Source of the DNA: Candidatus Dojkabacteria bacterium
Lineage (GTDB): Bacteria; Patescibacteriota; Dojkabacteria; SC72
Length of the DNA stretch: 64,000 bases
NCBI GenBank assembly: GCA_018056375.1
Contig: JAGPFQ010000001.1
Location: 522,231-586,230, forward strand
Direction: 5' to 3'
A program made the translations under genes and the position numbers. The stretch's first letter is position 1, and every line of letters starts with the position of its first letter. The notes under the pieces are model-generated. The model was not told the DNA's origin and ran no database searches. It saw only the letters and a list, made by a program, of their open reading frames with translations. Shown here in pieces: positions 37,916-47,934 of the stretch.

Positions 37916-39475
37916 TTGACAAATAACATGCTCAGGATAAAGGGATTAACTATAGATACAGAGGCAGGAAAGAAGATTGTTGAAAACCTCAACCTTCATT
38001 TAAATAAGGATGACAAACTAGCAGTTATAGGGGAAGAAGGAAATGGTAAAAGTACCCTCTTAAAGACAATATACAACAAAAAAGATGTAGAGGAATATTG
38101 TAAAATTTACGGAGAAATACAGAAAAAAGGTTTAACAATTGGTTACTTAGAACAATCTTTAGACAGTAATTGGGATAATCAAAAAGTAGGTGCATATTTT
38201 CTAAAGGAGAAAGCAGATGGAGATATTGAGTATACAAAATTTGAAGATATCAACAGAATACTAAAGAAGCTTTCCAAGATAGGAATAGACCCCTCTATCC
38301 TAGATAGTGAACAACTAATTAAAGATCTAAGCGGTGGCGAGAAAGTAAAGATTCAAATTGCTAAAATACTCACCAAAGACCCAGAAATCCTTCTACTTGA
38401 TGAACCAACAAACGATTTAGATATCCCTACTCTAGAATGGCTTGAAGATTTCATACTAACTCAAAAGACCCCCATTATCTTTGTATCACACGATGAGACT
38501 CTCCTTGAAAAGACAGCAAACAGAATTCTACATTTAGAACACCTTAAAGGTTCTAATACTTCAAGACACACAATTGCAAATGTTGGGTATGAGGAATATG
38601 TGACTAACAGAGAGAAAGCTTTAGAGAAACAAGAACAGATGTACAATATGGAAAAACGAGAACATCTAAAGGATAAGCAGATTTTAAGTCGTCAAAAAAG
38701 CATAATAAGGACAAAACAGATAACAATAGATGATTCCTCAACAAGAAGAATTTTAAATAAACAGATGAGAAATATTTTGGTTCGAGAGAGAAAAACTGAA
38801 GAGAAGAGAAAGACAGAGAGGGTTCAGGTAGAAGATCCAATATATATGGAGTTTGATAAAAGAGCTGTTATACCGAAAGGTAGAGTTGTTTTGAATCTAG
38901 ATATAAAAGAATTGAAAATAGGAAAGAAGATTTTAGCAAAAGATATTAAGCTTTTTGTAAAAGGTCCTGAGAAGATTGCCATTATAGGTCAAAATGGTAC
39001 TGGTAAAACAACTCTTCTTAAGGAAATTCTACATGCATTAGATAAGAAAGAAGGGTTAAAAGTTGGATATATGCCACAAAACTATAACGAGATACTAGGT
39101 GATGATATGAAGGTTTTTGATTACATAACAGAAGGATTGGAAGATTTAGATGAAGATTTAATAAGAGCATATATCGGTAGTATTAAGTTAACATGGGAAG
39201 AGATGAGTGGATTTGTTAAAGATTTAAGTCTAGGACAGAAAGCTAAGGTGATACTTCTTAAGATGATGTTGGAAGGAAATAATGTTTTGGTATTGGATGA
39301 ACCAACTAGGAATATGAGCTCCCTATCAAATCCTGTTATCAGAAAGATGCTTAGAGATTTTAAGGGCTCCATAATATCAGTTTCTCATGATAGAAAGTTC
39401 CTGAAAGAGGTTTGTGATAAGGTATATAGATTGAGTAGTACTGGGCTAAAAGAAGTTAGAGAGTCTTTGTCTTAA
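37916..39475 (+). CDS. ABC-F family ATPase (tandem ABC domains, no TM domain; translation-associated)
   Basis: Two nucleotide-binding domains: GEEGNGKST and GQNGTGKTT (Walker A), LSGGEKVKIQIA and LSLGQKAKVILL (signature), LLLDEPTN and LVLDEPT (Walker B), plus an inter-domain linker. Confidence 0.85.
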   Translation: MTNNMLRIKGLTIDTEAGKKIVENLNLHLNKDDKLAVIGEEGNGKSTLLKTIYNKKDVEEYCKIYGEIQKKGLTIGYLEQSLDSNWDNQKVGAYFLKEKADGDIEYTKFEDINRILKKLSKIGIDPSILDSEQLIKDLSGGEKVKIQIAKILTKDPEILLLDEPTNDLDIPTLEWLEDFILTQKTPIIFVSHDETLLEKTANRILHLEHLKGSNTSRHTIANVGYEEYVTNREKALEKQEQMYNMEKREHLKDKQILSRQKSIIRTKQITIDDSSTRRILNKQMRNILVRERKTEEKRKTERVQVEDPIYMEFDKRAVIPKGRVVLNLDIKELKIGKKILAKDIKLFVKGPEKIAIIGQNGTGKTTLLKEILHALDKKEGLKVGYMPQNYNEILGDDMKVFDYITEGLEDLDEDLIRAYIGSIKLTWEEMSGFVKDLSLGQKAKVILLKMMLEGNNVLVLDEPTRNMSSLSNPVIRKMLRDFKGSIISVSHDRKFLKEVCDKVYRLSSTGLKEVRESLS

Positions 39476-39502
39476 TTCTCCTGCAAGAACATATGATAAA
39501 AT

Positions 39503-40522
39503 ATGTGCATTATGAAAAACTTTAGTAAAACAGCAAAAGAGATTCAGGACTTTATTAAAAACTCTAAAAACATTCTCTTACACTGTCATCCCTCCCCCGA
39601 CCCAGATAGTATAGGTTCTGTTTTAGCTATGAAGAAATATCTCGTTTCAATAGGTAAGAATGTTACAGCAATCATAGGTGATTATGATTATCCTACTAAT
39701 ATGATTGATAGCTTTCCAATTGAGAAAGAGATTGAGAAGAAAAGTTTCTTTGATATTAACTTAGAAGATTTCGACCTATTTATAATACTAGATAGTTCCT
39801 CAACAACCCAGATATCAAGACAAGGAGAAGTTATTTTCCCAGAACATCTTAAAACAATAGTTATTGATCATCATAAAACAAATATTAGATTTGGAGATAT
39901 TAATCTGGTTGATAAAGATGCTGCATCAACAACACAAGTTCTCTATAAACTATTCAAAGAATGGAATGTTGAAATAGATAAGGATTTAGCTCTCTACCTA
40001 TTTATCGGTATCTACGGTGATACAGGAGGTTTTCAATACACTTTAACTTCTCCAGAAACATTTAGAATAGCTACAGAGTTAGTATCGGTATGTCCCAATT
40101 ATCATAGAGCCGTGTTTAATTTAGAGAATAACAAGAGAGAAATAGAGATTGAGATGATGGGATTAGCACTTTCTCATATTAAGAAACACTTTAATGGTAA
40201 GGTTGTATTAACAGTTATTCCATATGAAGTAATAAAAGAAAGAAATATTTCAAAAGAGGATGCTACTGAAGGATTAGTACCTGAGATTTTAAGGTCTGTG
40301 AAAGGATGGGATATTGTAGGTAGTCTTGTTGAAGTAGAGGATGGTGTAACTAGGATAGCTTTAAGAACAAGAGATGAGAAAAAGTATGATGTTAGTATAA
40401 TTGCAAAGAATATTGGTACAGGAGGTGGTGGACATCCAGGTGCAGCAGGTACTACTGTTATGAAGAATGTTTATGATGCAGAAAAGGAATTGGTTGAGTG
40501 TATAGATGGGATATTTTTATAA
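39503..40522 (+). CDS. nrnA: DHH/DHHA1 phosphoesterase, NrnA-like (nanoRNase / pAp phosphatase)
   Basis: LLHCHPSPDPDSIGS (DHH motif I), VIDHHKTN (DHH), and GGGHPGAAG (the DHHA1 GGGH motif). Confidence 0.8.
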   Translation: MCIMKNFSKTAKEIQDFIKNSKNILLHCHPSPDPDSIGSVLAMKKYLVSIGKNVTAIIGDYDYPTNMIDSFPIEKEIEKKSFFDINLEDFDLFIILDSSSTTQISRQGEVIFPEHLKTIVIDHHKTNIRFGDINLVDKDAASTTQVLYKLFKEWNVEIDKDLALYLFIGIYGDTGGFQYTLTSPETFRIATELVSVCPNYHRAVFNLENNKREIEIEMMGLALSHIKKHFNGKVVLTVIPYEVIKERNISKEDATEGLVPEILRSVKGWDIVGSLVEVEDGVTRIALRTRDEKKYDVSIIAKNIGTGGGGHPGAAGTTVMKNVYDAEKELVECIDGIFL

Positions 40523-40531
40523 TCTATTTTT

Positions 40532-40795
40532 CTATCCTTTTATTCTTCTCAGTAACTCAAAAGATTCTTTGTCCTCCTCATCAAAAAACTCTATTTGCAT
40601 TTGTGTGTAATTTTTCAAGTAATCAGCCCTAGGATGTAACATTCCACGAGAAGCCGTCCCTCTCTTATACTTCTTCTTATCATCATCTGGAGTTGGTGAG
40701 TCAAATTGTGAATAATCACCTCCTAAATTAGAAATGTTATCTCCGGAAGCTGCACCCGAATCCAAGCTCTCATCAAAAAAACCTTCCGCCTCCAT
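40532..40795 (-). CDS. Small acidic hypothetical protein
   Basis: ORF only. Confidence 0.2.
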   Translation of the reverse strand: MEAEGFFDESLDSGAASGDNISNLGGDYSQFDSPTPDDDKKKYKRGTASRGMLHPRADYLKNYTQMQIEFFDEEDKESFELLRRIKG

Positions 40796-40858
40796 AAAAC
40801 AACAAAGACTTAAATTAAGTACTTGTATCCTTATTATACCAAACTATAGGTTAGTCGT

Positions 40859-43549
40859 CTATCCAATCAACTCCGCCATATCCTTACCACTACTACTAGA
40901 AACATCTAAATGTACCTCCATTGATACAACATTTTTCATAATCTCTTTTGCTTTCTTCTCAAACTCCTCTACTCTCTCCTCTTTGACCTCAAATATTAAT
41001 TCATCATGAATCTGTAGAAGGATAAAAGCATCATCCTTAAAGTTCTTCTCAATCTCCTCATCTAATTTAATCATGGCCAGCTTCATAACATCAGCTTCAC
41101 CTCCCTGTATCGGCATATTAATAGCCTCTCTCTGTGCTGCTCTAACCATCCTCATATTCTTAGACCTAATACCTCTAATCCACCTCGTAGTACCAAACAT
41201 AGTTTGAACATATCCCCTCTTATATGCCTCCTTCTCTAGAGACCTCATATACTCCTCTACCCCAACATAATGCTGAAAGTAATCTGTAATATACTTCTGT
41301 GCCGTATCAACAGGAATACCAAGCATACTAGCAAGACCAAAAGCAGTTTGACCAAACAAAATACCGAAGTTAATAGTCTTCCCAAGACTCCTCTCCTCTT
41401 TAGTAACATCCTCTACTTCTTTACTTAAAATTCTACTAGCTGTGGCTCTGTGAATATCTATACCATTTTGAAAGTCCTCTACCAAAAGATTATCTTTAGA
41501 CATATCTGCAAGAATCCTTAACTCTATCTGTGAATAGTCCATGGATACAAACCTAAACCCATCTCTAGCAACAAAAGCTTTTCTAATCTTCTCAGCCCAC
41601 TCACCCTGTATTGGAATATTCTGCATATTAGGATTAGATGAAGAGAACCTTCCTGAGGATGTACCTGTCTGTTTGTAATTAGTATGAATGGTACTCTCTG
41701 GATCTTCTCTTCCCATCTCCAACAAAGGAATTACATATGTAGTATGTATCTTACTCAACTCTCTATATTCCAATATCTTCTCAATTACTGGATGAGTACC
41801 TTTTAATTCAATTAAAACAGATTCTCTAGTAGAACCTTTCTTCTTGTCAGGTAAATCTAATTCTTTAAACAAAACATCAGACAACTGCTTAGGAGAGTTA
41901 ATATTAAACTCATGACCAATACAATCATATATACCCTTGGTTACCTTTGATATCTCTTCAGAAAGCTCTCCATCCAACTTCTCTAGCCAACCAGTATCCA
42001 CCATTATCCCCTTACTCTCCATCTTAGAAAGAATCTTACAAATTGGTACCTCTATCATCTCCAAACTATTCTCAAAGAATCTCTCTCCCACACCTAAGTA
42101 CTCTCTCATACTGTTTTTAGTATACTCATACAACTCAATACTATTCGCCTTCTTTATCTCTCTCTCCTTAATCTCCCCAAGTGCATCTAAAACCTTTTTC
42201 ATCTCAGAAGGATGAATCTTCTCATCAAAGATGCTTCCAGAGAAATCAAAAGCTAAATCCTTAAATTGATAACTTCTCTTCTCAGAGTTAATTAAATGAG
42301 CAAAAAGAGAAACATCAAAAAGCTTACCATTAGGAACACCTATCTGTTCTGTAATTTGTTCTAAACCATATATTAGTTTCTCACAATCAGTATTAATAAT
42401 TTGGTGAATATCCTTGAAAAGATAATCCTCAGATTTACCTGTAGAAGCGACCTTCCTTACAAAACTAAAACTCTCTCCGGTAGCAGACTCTGACGCATCA
42501 AAATATGCAATTAGGAGTTTCTCTGTATCCTTACAAATATCTTCTACATCCTCCTCTTTCACCCATTTAACCTCCTCTATTGTTCCTGTTGAGAAGATAT
42601 CTAACTGTGTACTTACATTACTCTTTTCATCTTCCTTTAAACTATCAATCTTCTTAATCAATGACTTAAATGCATATTTATGGAATACCTCTAACACCTC
42701 TTTTTTATCAAAATCTCTCATCAAACAATCTTCTAGATGTATATTTAGATCAACATTCTGTTCAATTGTAGCTAACTTTCTACTCATCTCTGCCTGCTCT
42801 ACACCTTCCATGAGAAGATTAGCATATCTAGGTTTTACCTCTGCTAAGTTTTCATATATTTTGTTTAAACTCCCATACCTATCCAACAACTCTATTGCTG
42901 TCTTAACCCCCACTCCCTTTACTCCAGGTATGTTATCCGATGCATCACCTGCCATAGCTTTGTAGTCAACTATCTGTTCTGGATATAGTCCAAACTTCTT
43001 TTTTGTTCCAATTCTGTCGTATGCAACAAGGTCACTAAAACTTTTTTGTGGCAGTGCTATCTTCACATTCTCAGTTATTAACTGCAACAAATCCCTATCC
43101 CCACTTAATATATACAACTCAATATTTTCATTACTCCACTTCCCTTCTCTTACATATTTGGATATTGTTCCTAATATGTCATCTGCTTCAAATCCTTCTT
43201 TTTTTAGAATGGGAATATTAAATGCTTGGAGTATTTCTTCTACCAAAGGAAATTGATCTATGAGAGACTGGTCTGTGGGTTTTCTAGTAGCTTTGTAGTC
43301 TGGGAACTCTACATGTCTAAATGTTGGTTTAGCTGTATCAAATGAACAGAGTACATATTTAGGTTCAAACATTTTTAAAGCTTCTAAGAGCATTACTGTA
43401 AAACCATATGCTGCATTTACCTGTATACCATCTTCTGTTTGAAGTGTAGGAGGATATGCATGGAATGCTCTATGTACTATTGCATTGGCATCTATGGCTA
43501 AGAATCTATCCTTACCATTTTTTATCAAATTCATACTGTATTTTATCAC
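40859..43549 (-). CDS. polA: DNA polymerase I
   Basis: N-terminal 5'-3' exonuclease (LAIDANAIVHRAFHAY) and family A polymerase motifs (RRLAKTINFGILFGQTAFGLA, QIHDELIFE). Confidence 0.93.
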   Translation of the reverse strand: MIKYSMNLIKNGKDRFLAIDANAIVHRAFHAYPPTLQTEDGIQVNAAYGFTVMLLEALKMFEPKYVLCSFDTAKPTFRHVEFPDYKATRKPTDQSLIDQFPLVEEILQAFNIPILKKEGFEADDILGTISKYVREGKWSNENIELYILSGDRDLLQLITENVKIALPQKSFSDLVAYDRIGTKKKFGLYPEQIVDYKAMAGDASDNIPGVKGVGVKTAIELLDRYGSLNKIYENLAEVKPRYANLLMEGVEQAEMSRKLATIEQNVDLNIHLEDCLMRDFDKKEVLEVFHKYAFKSLIKKIDSLKEDEKSNVSTQLDIFSTGTIEEVKWVKEEDVEDICKDTEKLLIAYFDASESATGESFSFVRKVASTGKSEDYLFKDIHQIINTDCEKLIYGLEQITEQIGVPNGKLFDVSLFAHLINSEKRSYQFKDLAFDFSGSIFDEKIHPSEMKKVLDALGEIKEREIKKANSIELYEYTKNSMREYLGVGERFFENSLEMIEVPICKILSKMESKGIMVDTGWLEKLDGELSEEISKVTKGIYDCIGHEFNINSPKQLSDVLFKELDLPDKKKGSTRESVLIELKGTHPVIEKILEYRELSKIHTTYVIPLLEMGREDPESTIHTNYKQTGTSSGRFSSSNPNMQNIPIQGEWAEKIRKAFVARDGFRFVSMDYSQIELRILADMSKDNLLVEDFQNGIDIHRATASRILSKEVEDVTKEERSLGKTINFGILFGQTAFGLASMLGIPVDTAQKYITDYFQHYVGVEEYMRSLEKEAYKRGYVQTMFGTTRWIRGIRSKNMRMVRAAQREAINMPIQGGEADVMKLAMIKLDEEIEKNFKDDAFILLQIHDELIFEVKEERVEEFEKKAKEIMKNVVSMEVHLDVSSSSGKDMAELIG

Positions 43550-43832
43550 AAAAGGTCTTGCCTAGGTCTGCCCCTCGTTCACAACTTGTTCATAACTCTG
43601 AACTTTGTTCATCTACCAACCTTTTTTGCCTCCCTCTCTCTATGTTTGTACTCCAAATCCATAGGCTTACAAAAGCCGAGGTCTAGGAAGCTGTTTGGTA
43701 GGTGCACAACCATATGATTAAAATTTTCTTACCAAGGGGTAGGCCTAGGTCAGGCCTGTTGTGCTCACCTTTTAGAATTGATATATTTAAACAACAAACA
43801 GGGTGTTTATATAATTTCTTAAACATATTTAT

Positions 43833-44570
43833 ATGGAAAAAGAAAAGAAACCCCAAGAAGAAGAGCAAACTTCCCCACCAAAGCAAACAGGAAAAACCTG
43901 TCCACTCATCCAAAAACCAAAACTTCTGATTGGAATCATTGTTCTGCTGCTCATCATTATCTTACTTCTGTTATTCCTGATATTCAGAGATAAACAGACT
44001 ACAAATGATAGTAAGATAGAAGACAAAGAAGTATCCGAAGAGGAGAAAGAGGTTAAACCAACAGTACATTGTCCAGAAGGATATGAGATTGAAGGAGATG
44101 TATGTGAAAGAAAAGCCTCTAAACCTGCATCAAGTAAATTAGTATGTCCAGAAGGAATGATAGAGGTTGGTCCTGATGGTCCATGTGGTCTGTACAAACA
44201 GAAAGCAGAACCAACTCAAAGATGCCCAATGGGAACTATCTATCAGGTTGAGATAAAGACTCTCTACTATTGCTACACACAATCAAGACCACCAGAGAGT
44301 TGTGGAGAGGATCCTGAAAGCTCGTATCTCGCCGATGGTAAATGTTACTATGCAAGAATTGATTCTGAAACAACATATACTTGTCCTAGTAATATGGTTT
44401 CCTACAAAGGAGATTGTTATGCCAAAGCAGATAAAATTAAAAAATACTCATGTGATAGTGGGTATACACTTGAAGGAACTAATTGTGTAAAGGTAGAAAG
44501 AACGGAACAGATGAAAGATTGTCCTACTGGATATGAGTTGGAGATAGATAGGTGTGTAGTAGAAAAATAG
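43833..44570 (+). CDS. Membrane-anchored cysteine-rich repeat protein
   Basis: N-terminal TM helix (LLIGIIVLLLIIILLLLFLIF), then six CPxGYxxEGxxC-type repeats (CPEGYEIEGDVC, CPEGMIEVGPDGPC, CPMGTIYQ, CPSNMVSYKGDCY, CDSGYTLEGTNCV, CPTGYELEIDRCV). Confidence 0.5.
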   Translation: MEKEKKPQEEEQTSPPKQTGKTCPLIQKPKLLIGIIVLLLIIILLLLFLIFRDKQTTNDSKIEDKEVSEEEKEVKPTVHCPEGYEIEGDVCERKASKPASSKLVCPEGMIEVGPDGPCGLYKQKAEPTQRCPMGTIYQVEIKTLYYCYTQSRPPESCGEDPESSYLADGKCYYARIDSETTYTCPSNMVSYKGDCYAKADKIKKYSCDSGYTLEGTNCVKVERTEQMKDCPTGYELEIDRCVVEK

Positions 44571-44603
44571 TTATTTAATTTAATTTTAATTAATAAACAA
44601 TAT

Positions 44604-45218
44604 ATGGACGAACAAAACAGCACTGGAAAACCCTCAGTTGTTCTAAAAACTGTAATTGCCATCTTGGCAATAGGAGCTTGTGTTCTCGGGTTCTTTGTAT
44701 ATCAAGAGTTAAAGACAGAGAATAAATCCTTCAAAGATATGATTCTTGATATAACAAAAGGTGGAAAGAAAGAAGAGGTTATAGAAGAAGATGAGGTGGT
44801 GGAGATTGTAACTGATGATACAGAGGAGGAAGAAACCAAAGCACCTACTATTTCATTTACTAAAGATGAAATTGAGAACATTAAAGCAATATTAGACACA
44901 TTAAATACACAACCACTTCTTGGATATATGGATGGAGATGTGATGATGTATTATGATTCTGCAGTATTAAGCGAGACTCTTAATTCTACAAAAGCAACCC
45001 TGAAACTTGGTGACTACTTTGCTAAAGCAAAGACACCATGGACTTTTCCCTTAACAGAAGAACAGAAAGCCGAGTATGCTTCAAAGAGTGAGTTTAAGAA
45101 ATTCTTTGGTGGAGACTGTTTAACAGGAATATCTAATAATTATTTAGTATCTCTCTGTTTTAATGAAGGTAAGAAGATAACAAAGATGTTGTTTTCTAAT
45201 GATATGAGTATATACTAG
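44604..45218 (+). CDS. Hypothetical membrane-anchored protein
   Basis: N-terminal TM helix and an acidic linker. No recognisable domain. Confidence 0.3.
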   Translation: MDEQNSTGKPSVVLKTVIAILAIGACVLGFFVYQELKTENKSFKDMILDITKGGKKEEVIEEDEVVEIVTDDTEEEETKAPTISFTKDEIENIKAILDTLNTQPLLGYMDGDVMMYYDSAVLSETLNSTKATLKLGDYFAKAKTPWTFPLTEEQKAEYASKSEFKKFFGGDCLTGISNNYLVSLCFNEGKKITKMLFSNDMSIY

Positions 45219-45248
45219 GTTGAGCTAGTGAGGTCAAGATAGCAGAAA

Positions 45249-45280
45249 AGAGGGGGTGTACACCCCCTCTTTTCTTTTCC
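45249..45280. terminator. Bidirectional rho-independent terminator between convergent genes
   Basis: Perfect palindrome GAGGGGGTGT/ACACCCCCTC flanked by GAAAA upstream and TTTTCTTTTCC downstream. Confidence 0.6.
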
Positions 45281-45294
45281 TACCTCCAGAACCC

Positions 45295-46659
45295 TTAGTT
45301 TATAAAGATACTAAGAGAATTATGCTGACCACCAGGAGTTTTAACCTGTAAAGAAAGTGGAGAGCCTGGTCCTGTTGTCAAATTCTTACTTGTGATTTTG
45401 ACATAAGACCCCGAGCTTGGTGTGAATGTAAAGAACTCAGGGACATAATAAGATGAAGCAGAGAAATTAGCTATAACACCACCAAAAGATACACTCTTTG
45501 TCTCATTTTTATTCATATGAAGTTGCCAATTAGAATGAGACAGCTTCATCTCTCCTGTAACTTCAACCTCGTTACTCTTTACACCCCCAACTTCAACCCA
45601 GAATTTTCCAACACAATCAGGACGGAATGTTGCTCCACCACCAATAGTACCAGTAGTTTGATTCAAACTCATACAACCATTCTGTCCGTAATGATATGTT
45701 CCATAGAACTTTTTATTTTCCTGCCCCTCCGCATCTGGGGGATTAACTACTACGGACTTCACTGGAACAGTATTTCCTTCTCCAAGATAAGCAATATTTC
45801 TGGTATATGTTAATGTTACTGAAACCACTGGATTAGTAACTGAAACATTAGCAATCGCTGTTTTCCCATTAGCTGTTTTAACGGTAATTACAGCACTACC
45901 TGTCTTAACAGCAGTAACAACACCCTTACTATTTACAGTTGCTACTGAAGTATCACTAGAAGACCAAGTAACAGCCTTATTAGAAGCATTTGCAGGCAAA
46001 ACAGTTGCAACTAAAGTACCTGTATTACCCTTTCTTAAAGCTAAACTTGTTTTATCTAGTGTTACACCCGTAACTTCTACATTTGCGGGTGTTTCTGTTT
46101 TCTTCTCCTCTTTCTTTTCCTCCTTCTTTACCTCTTCCCACTGAGCAACTAAGATAAGATCTTTTGTAACTGGTTGTGTAAAATCATATTCCTCACCATC
46201 TAAGAACCACCCTTTAAATGTTGCATTAGCTTTAGTAGGTCTTAACGGTATAGTAACAAAATCATTTTCTTCCACCTCTATCTCCATTGATGACTTCCCA
46301 TTATCTGGCATAAATGTCACCTTAAAGGTAACTGCATCCTCTGGTATCCAGCTAGCTACTAATTTAATATCATTAGTAATCTCAACTGAAGGTGCAAATG
46401 GTTGTCCATCTAATAACCAACCATTAAACTTAAACCCTTCTTTGGTTGGATCTTCTGGGAAATCTACTGTCTCTCCATCCCTAACAACAATCTGTTCAAT
46501 AACAGTACCACCATCAGTATCAAAAGTTATAGTATATGTTTTTTCCTTCTTTAGGAAAAAGAAAAAGAATGCTGCTATAGCTGCAAGCAATAACAAAGCA
46601 CCTCCTACAATGTAGAGAAGCTTTTTGTTTTTAAGAACTTCTTTTGGTTTGTTCTCCAT
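45295..46659 (-). CDS. Surface protein with Listeria-Bacteroides (Flg_new) repeats and a Big_2 domain
   Basis: Signal anchor. Two YTITFDTDGG...F.GW-type repeats. Big_2 motif VEVTGVTLDKTSLALRKGNTGTLVATVLPANASNKAVTWSSSDTSVATV. Confidence 0.65.
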   Translation of the reverse strand: MENKPKEVLKNKKLLYIVGGALLLLAAIAAFFFFFLKKEKTYTITFDTDGGTVIEQIVVRDGETVDFPEDPTKEGFKFNGWLLDGQPFAPSVEITNDIKLVASWIPEDAVTFKVTFMPDNGKSSMEIEVEENDFVTIPLRPTKANATFKGWFLDGEEYDFTQPVTKDLILVAQWEEVKKEEKKEEKKTETPANVEVTGVTLDKTSLALRKGNTGTLVATVLPANASNKAVTWSSSDTSVATVNSKGVVTAVKTGSAVITVKTANGKTAIANVSVTNPVVSVTLTYTRNIAYLGEGNTVPVKSVVVNPPDAEGQENKKFYGTYHYGQNGCMSLNQTTGTIGGGATFRPDCVGKFWVEVGGVKSNEVEVTGEMKLSHSNWQLHMNKNETKSVSFGGVIANFSASSYYVPEFFTFTPSSGSYVKITSKNLTTGPGSPLSLQVKTPGGQHNSLSIFIN

Positions 46660-46737
46660 AGTTGAAATGTAAAATTTAAATGATATCTAAATAATAGCAT
46701 AAATAAGGGGGATTTCAAAAGTTCCCTTGAGCTTAGT

Positions 46738-47073
46738 ATGATATATTATAGTAAAGAGATGAAAGAGTTTATAACCAAAAACATAGAGAAAGTAGCTCAA
46801 GGATTAAGTTTTGAGGATTGTGCTAATGATATCCCAGACTATACCTTTACTAAGGAAGAGGTTTCTACTATCTCATATATCCAAAAAATGCTTCCTCTAG
46901 CATGTTCTAGATATCTCAAGGATGAAATTTTACTCGAGGATTTAGTTAGTAAAGCTAACTATATTATGTTTGATAGATATGACCCTAGTATGTTAGATAG
47001 ATTACTAAAGAAAAATCTTTTTGATTTTATAATGCTACTTGGAGAAGCTGATTCCTATCTAGATACCCATTAA
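46738..47073 (+). CDS. Hypothetical protein
   Basis: ORF only. Confidence 0.25.
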   Translation: MIYYSKEMKEFITKNIEKVAQGLSFEDCANDIPDYTFTKEEVSTISYIQKMLPLACSRYLKDEILLEDLVSKANYIMFDRYDPSMLDRLLKKNLFDFIMLLGEADSYLDTH

Positions 47074-47136
47074 AAACTGATTGTAATGATTATATAAGTG
47101 TGCTAATTTATTAATATAATTTTACTAAATAACCTT

Positions 47137-47934
47137 ATGAAAACAGAAGAAATATCCGTAGAGGAAGTCACAAAGACAGAGGAAAAGAGTGTTGTAAAAT
47201 CAAAATCACCTGTCATTATCTTAACTATAGCCCTTGCATTCATATCTTTACTAGCTTTAGGTATGTTACTCTATCGTTTTAACAATCAAAGCCAAAAATC
47301 TACGATGGAAAAAGATTGTATATGTAAAAAATGCGAAGAGAAGAATGACTGTGATTGTTCATTAAAGGGGACAGAGTTAACAAATTCAGGTTGGGCTTTG
47401 TATTCCCTACCCGACATTAAGTTTAGTGTAGAAATTCCTTCAGATTTTATTAAATTTAACCTTGATAATAGTGATCATGATTTAAAGTCAAGATGGACAA
47501 TAACTCAATATATTGATCCCGAAAATAAATCTAAAGATTTTGGAGAATATATTAAAACTATAAATATGGAATTCTCACCTTTTTACATCAAAGTTCCTTC
47601 TTTAGACATTCCAACACATGGTGAAAGCTTCATATATGTTACTGTGTTAAAAAATACCAAAGAAAAAACACTCGAAGAACTTTGGACTCTTGAAAAAGCC
47701 CCTTATGAAGACCCTGCAGATGAATATAAAGTAGAAGGCAAATTAATAGAGAAGTGGGGAGTACCTGCATATGAGTTTAAGATAAGTGGTGCTCCATACG
47801 GACCATACACAGGATATTTAGTTGTAAGTAATGGGTTCGTATATAGAATCTCTTACAATTTCTCTACACTTAAAGAAGTTGCTGAAGCCACTAGTTCAGG
47901 TATAAAAATAATAGATTCTATACAGTTTAACTAA
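47137..47934 (+). CDS. Hypothetical membrane-anchored secreted protein
   Basis: N-terminal TM helix. No recognisable domain. Confidence 0.3.
   Translation: MKTEEISVEEVTKTEEKSVVKSKSPVIILTIALAFISLLALGMLLYRFNNQSQKSTMEKDCICKKCEEKNDCDCSLKGTELTNSGWALYSLPDIKFSVEIPSDFIKFNLDNSDHDLKSRWTITQYIDPENKSKDFGEYIKTINMEFSPFYIKVPSLDIPTHGESFIYVTVLKNTKEKTLEELWTLEKAPYEDPADEYKVEGKLIEKWGVPAYEFKISGAPYGPYTGYLVVSNGFVYRISYNFSTLKEVAEATSSGIKIIDSIQFN

Noticed and set aside
43550-43832. Bacterial SRP RNA (ffs) in the polA upstream region
   Set aside because: AGGUCAGG-like and GGAAGCUG-like segments occur, but in the wrong 5'-to-3' order, and without the GNRA tetraloop needed for a helix-8 domain IV. The call is left as unexplained structured DNA.
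43456-43929. Three mutually overlapping short ORFs in the polA upstream intergenic region
   Set aside because: They overlap one another on both strands and have no conserved motifs. The region is better explained as non-coding (see the GC-rich island finding).
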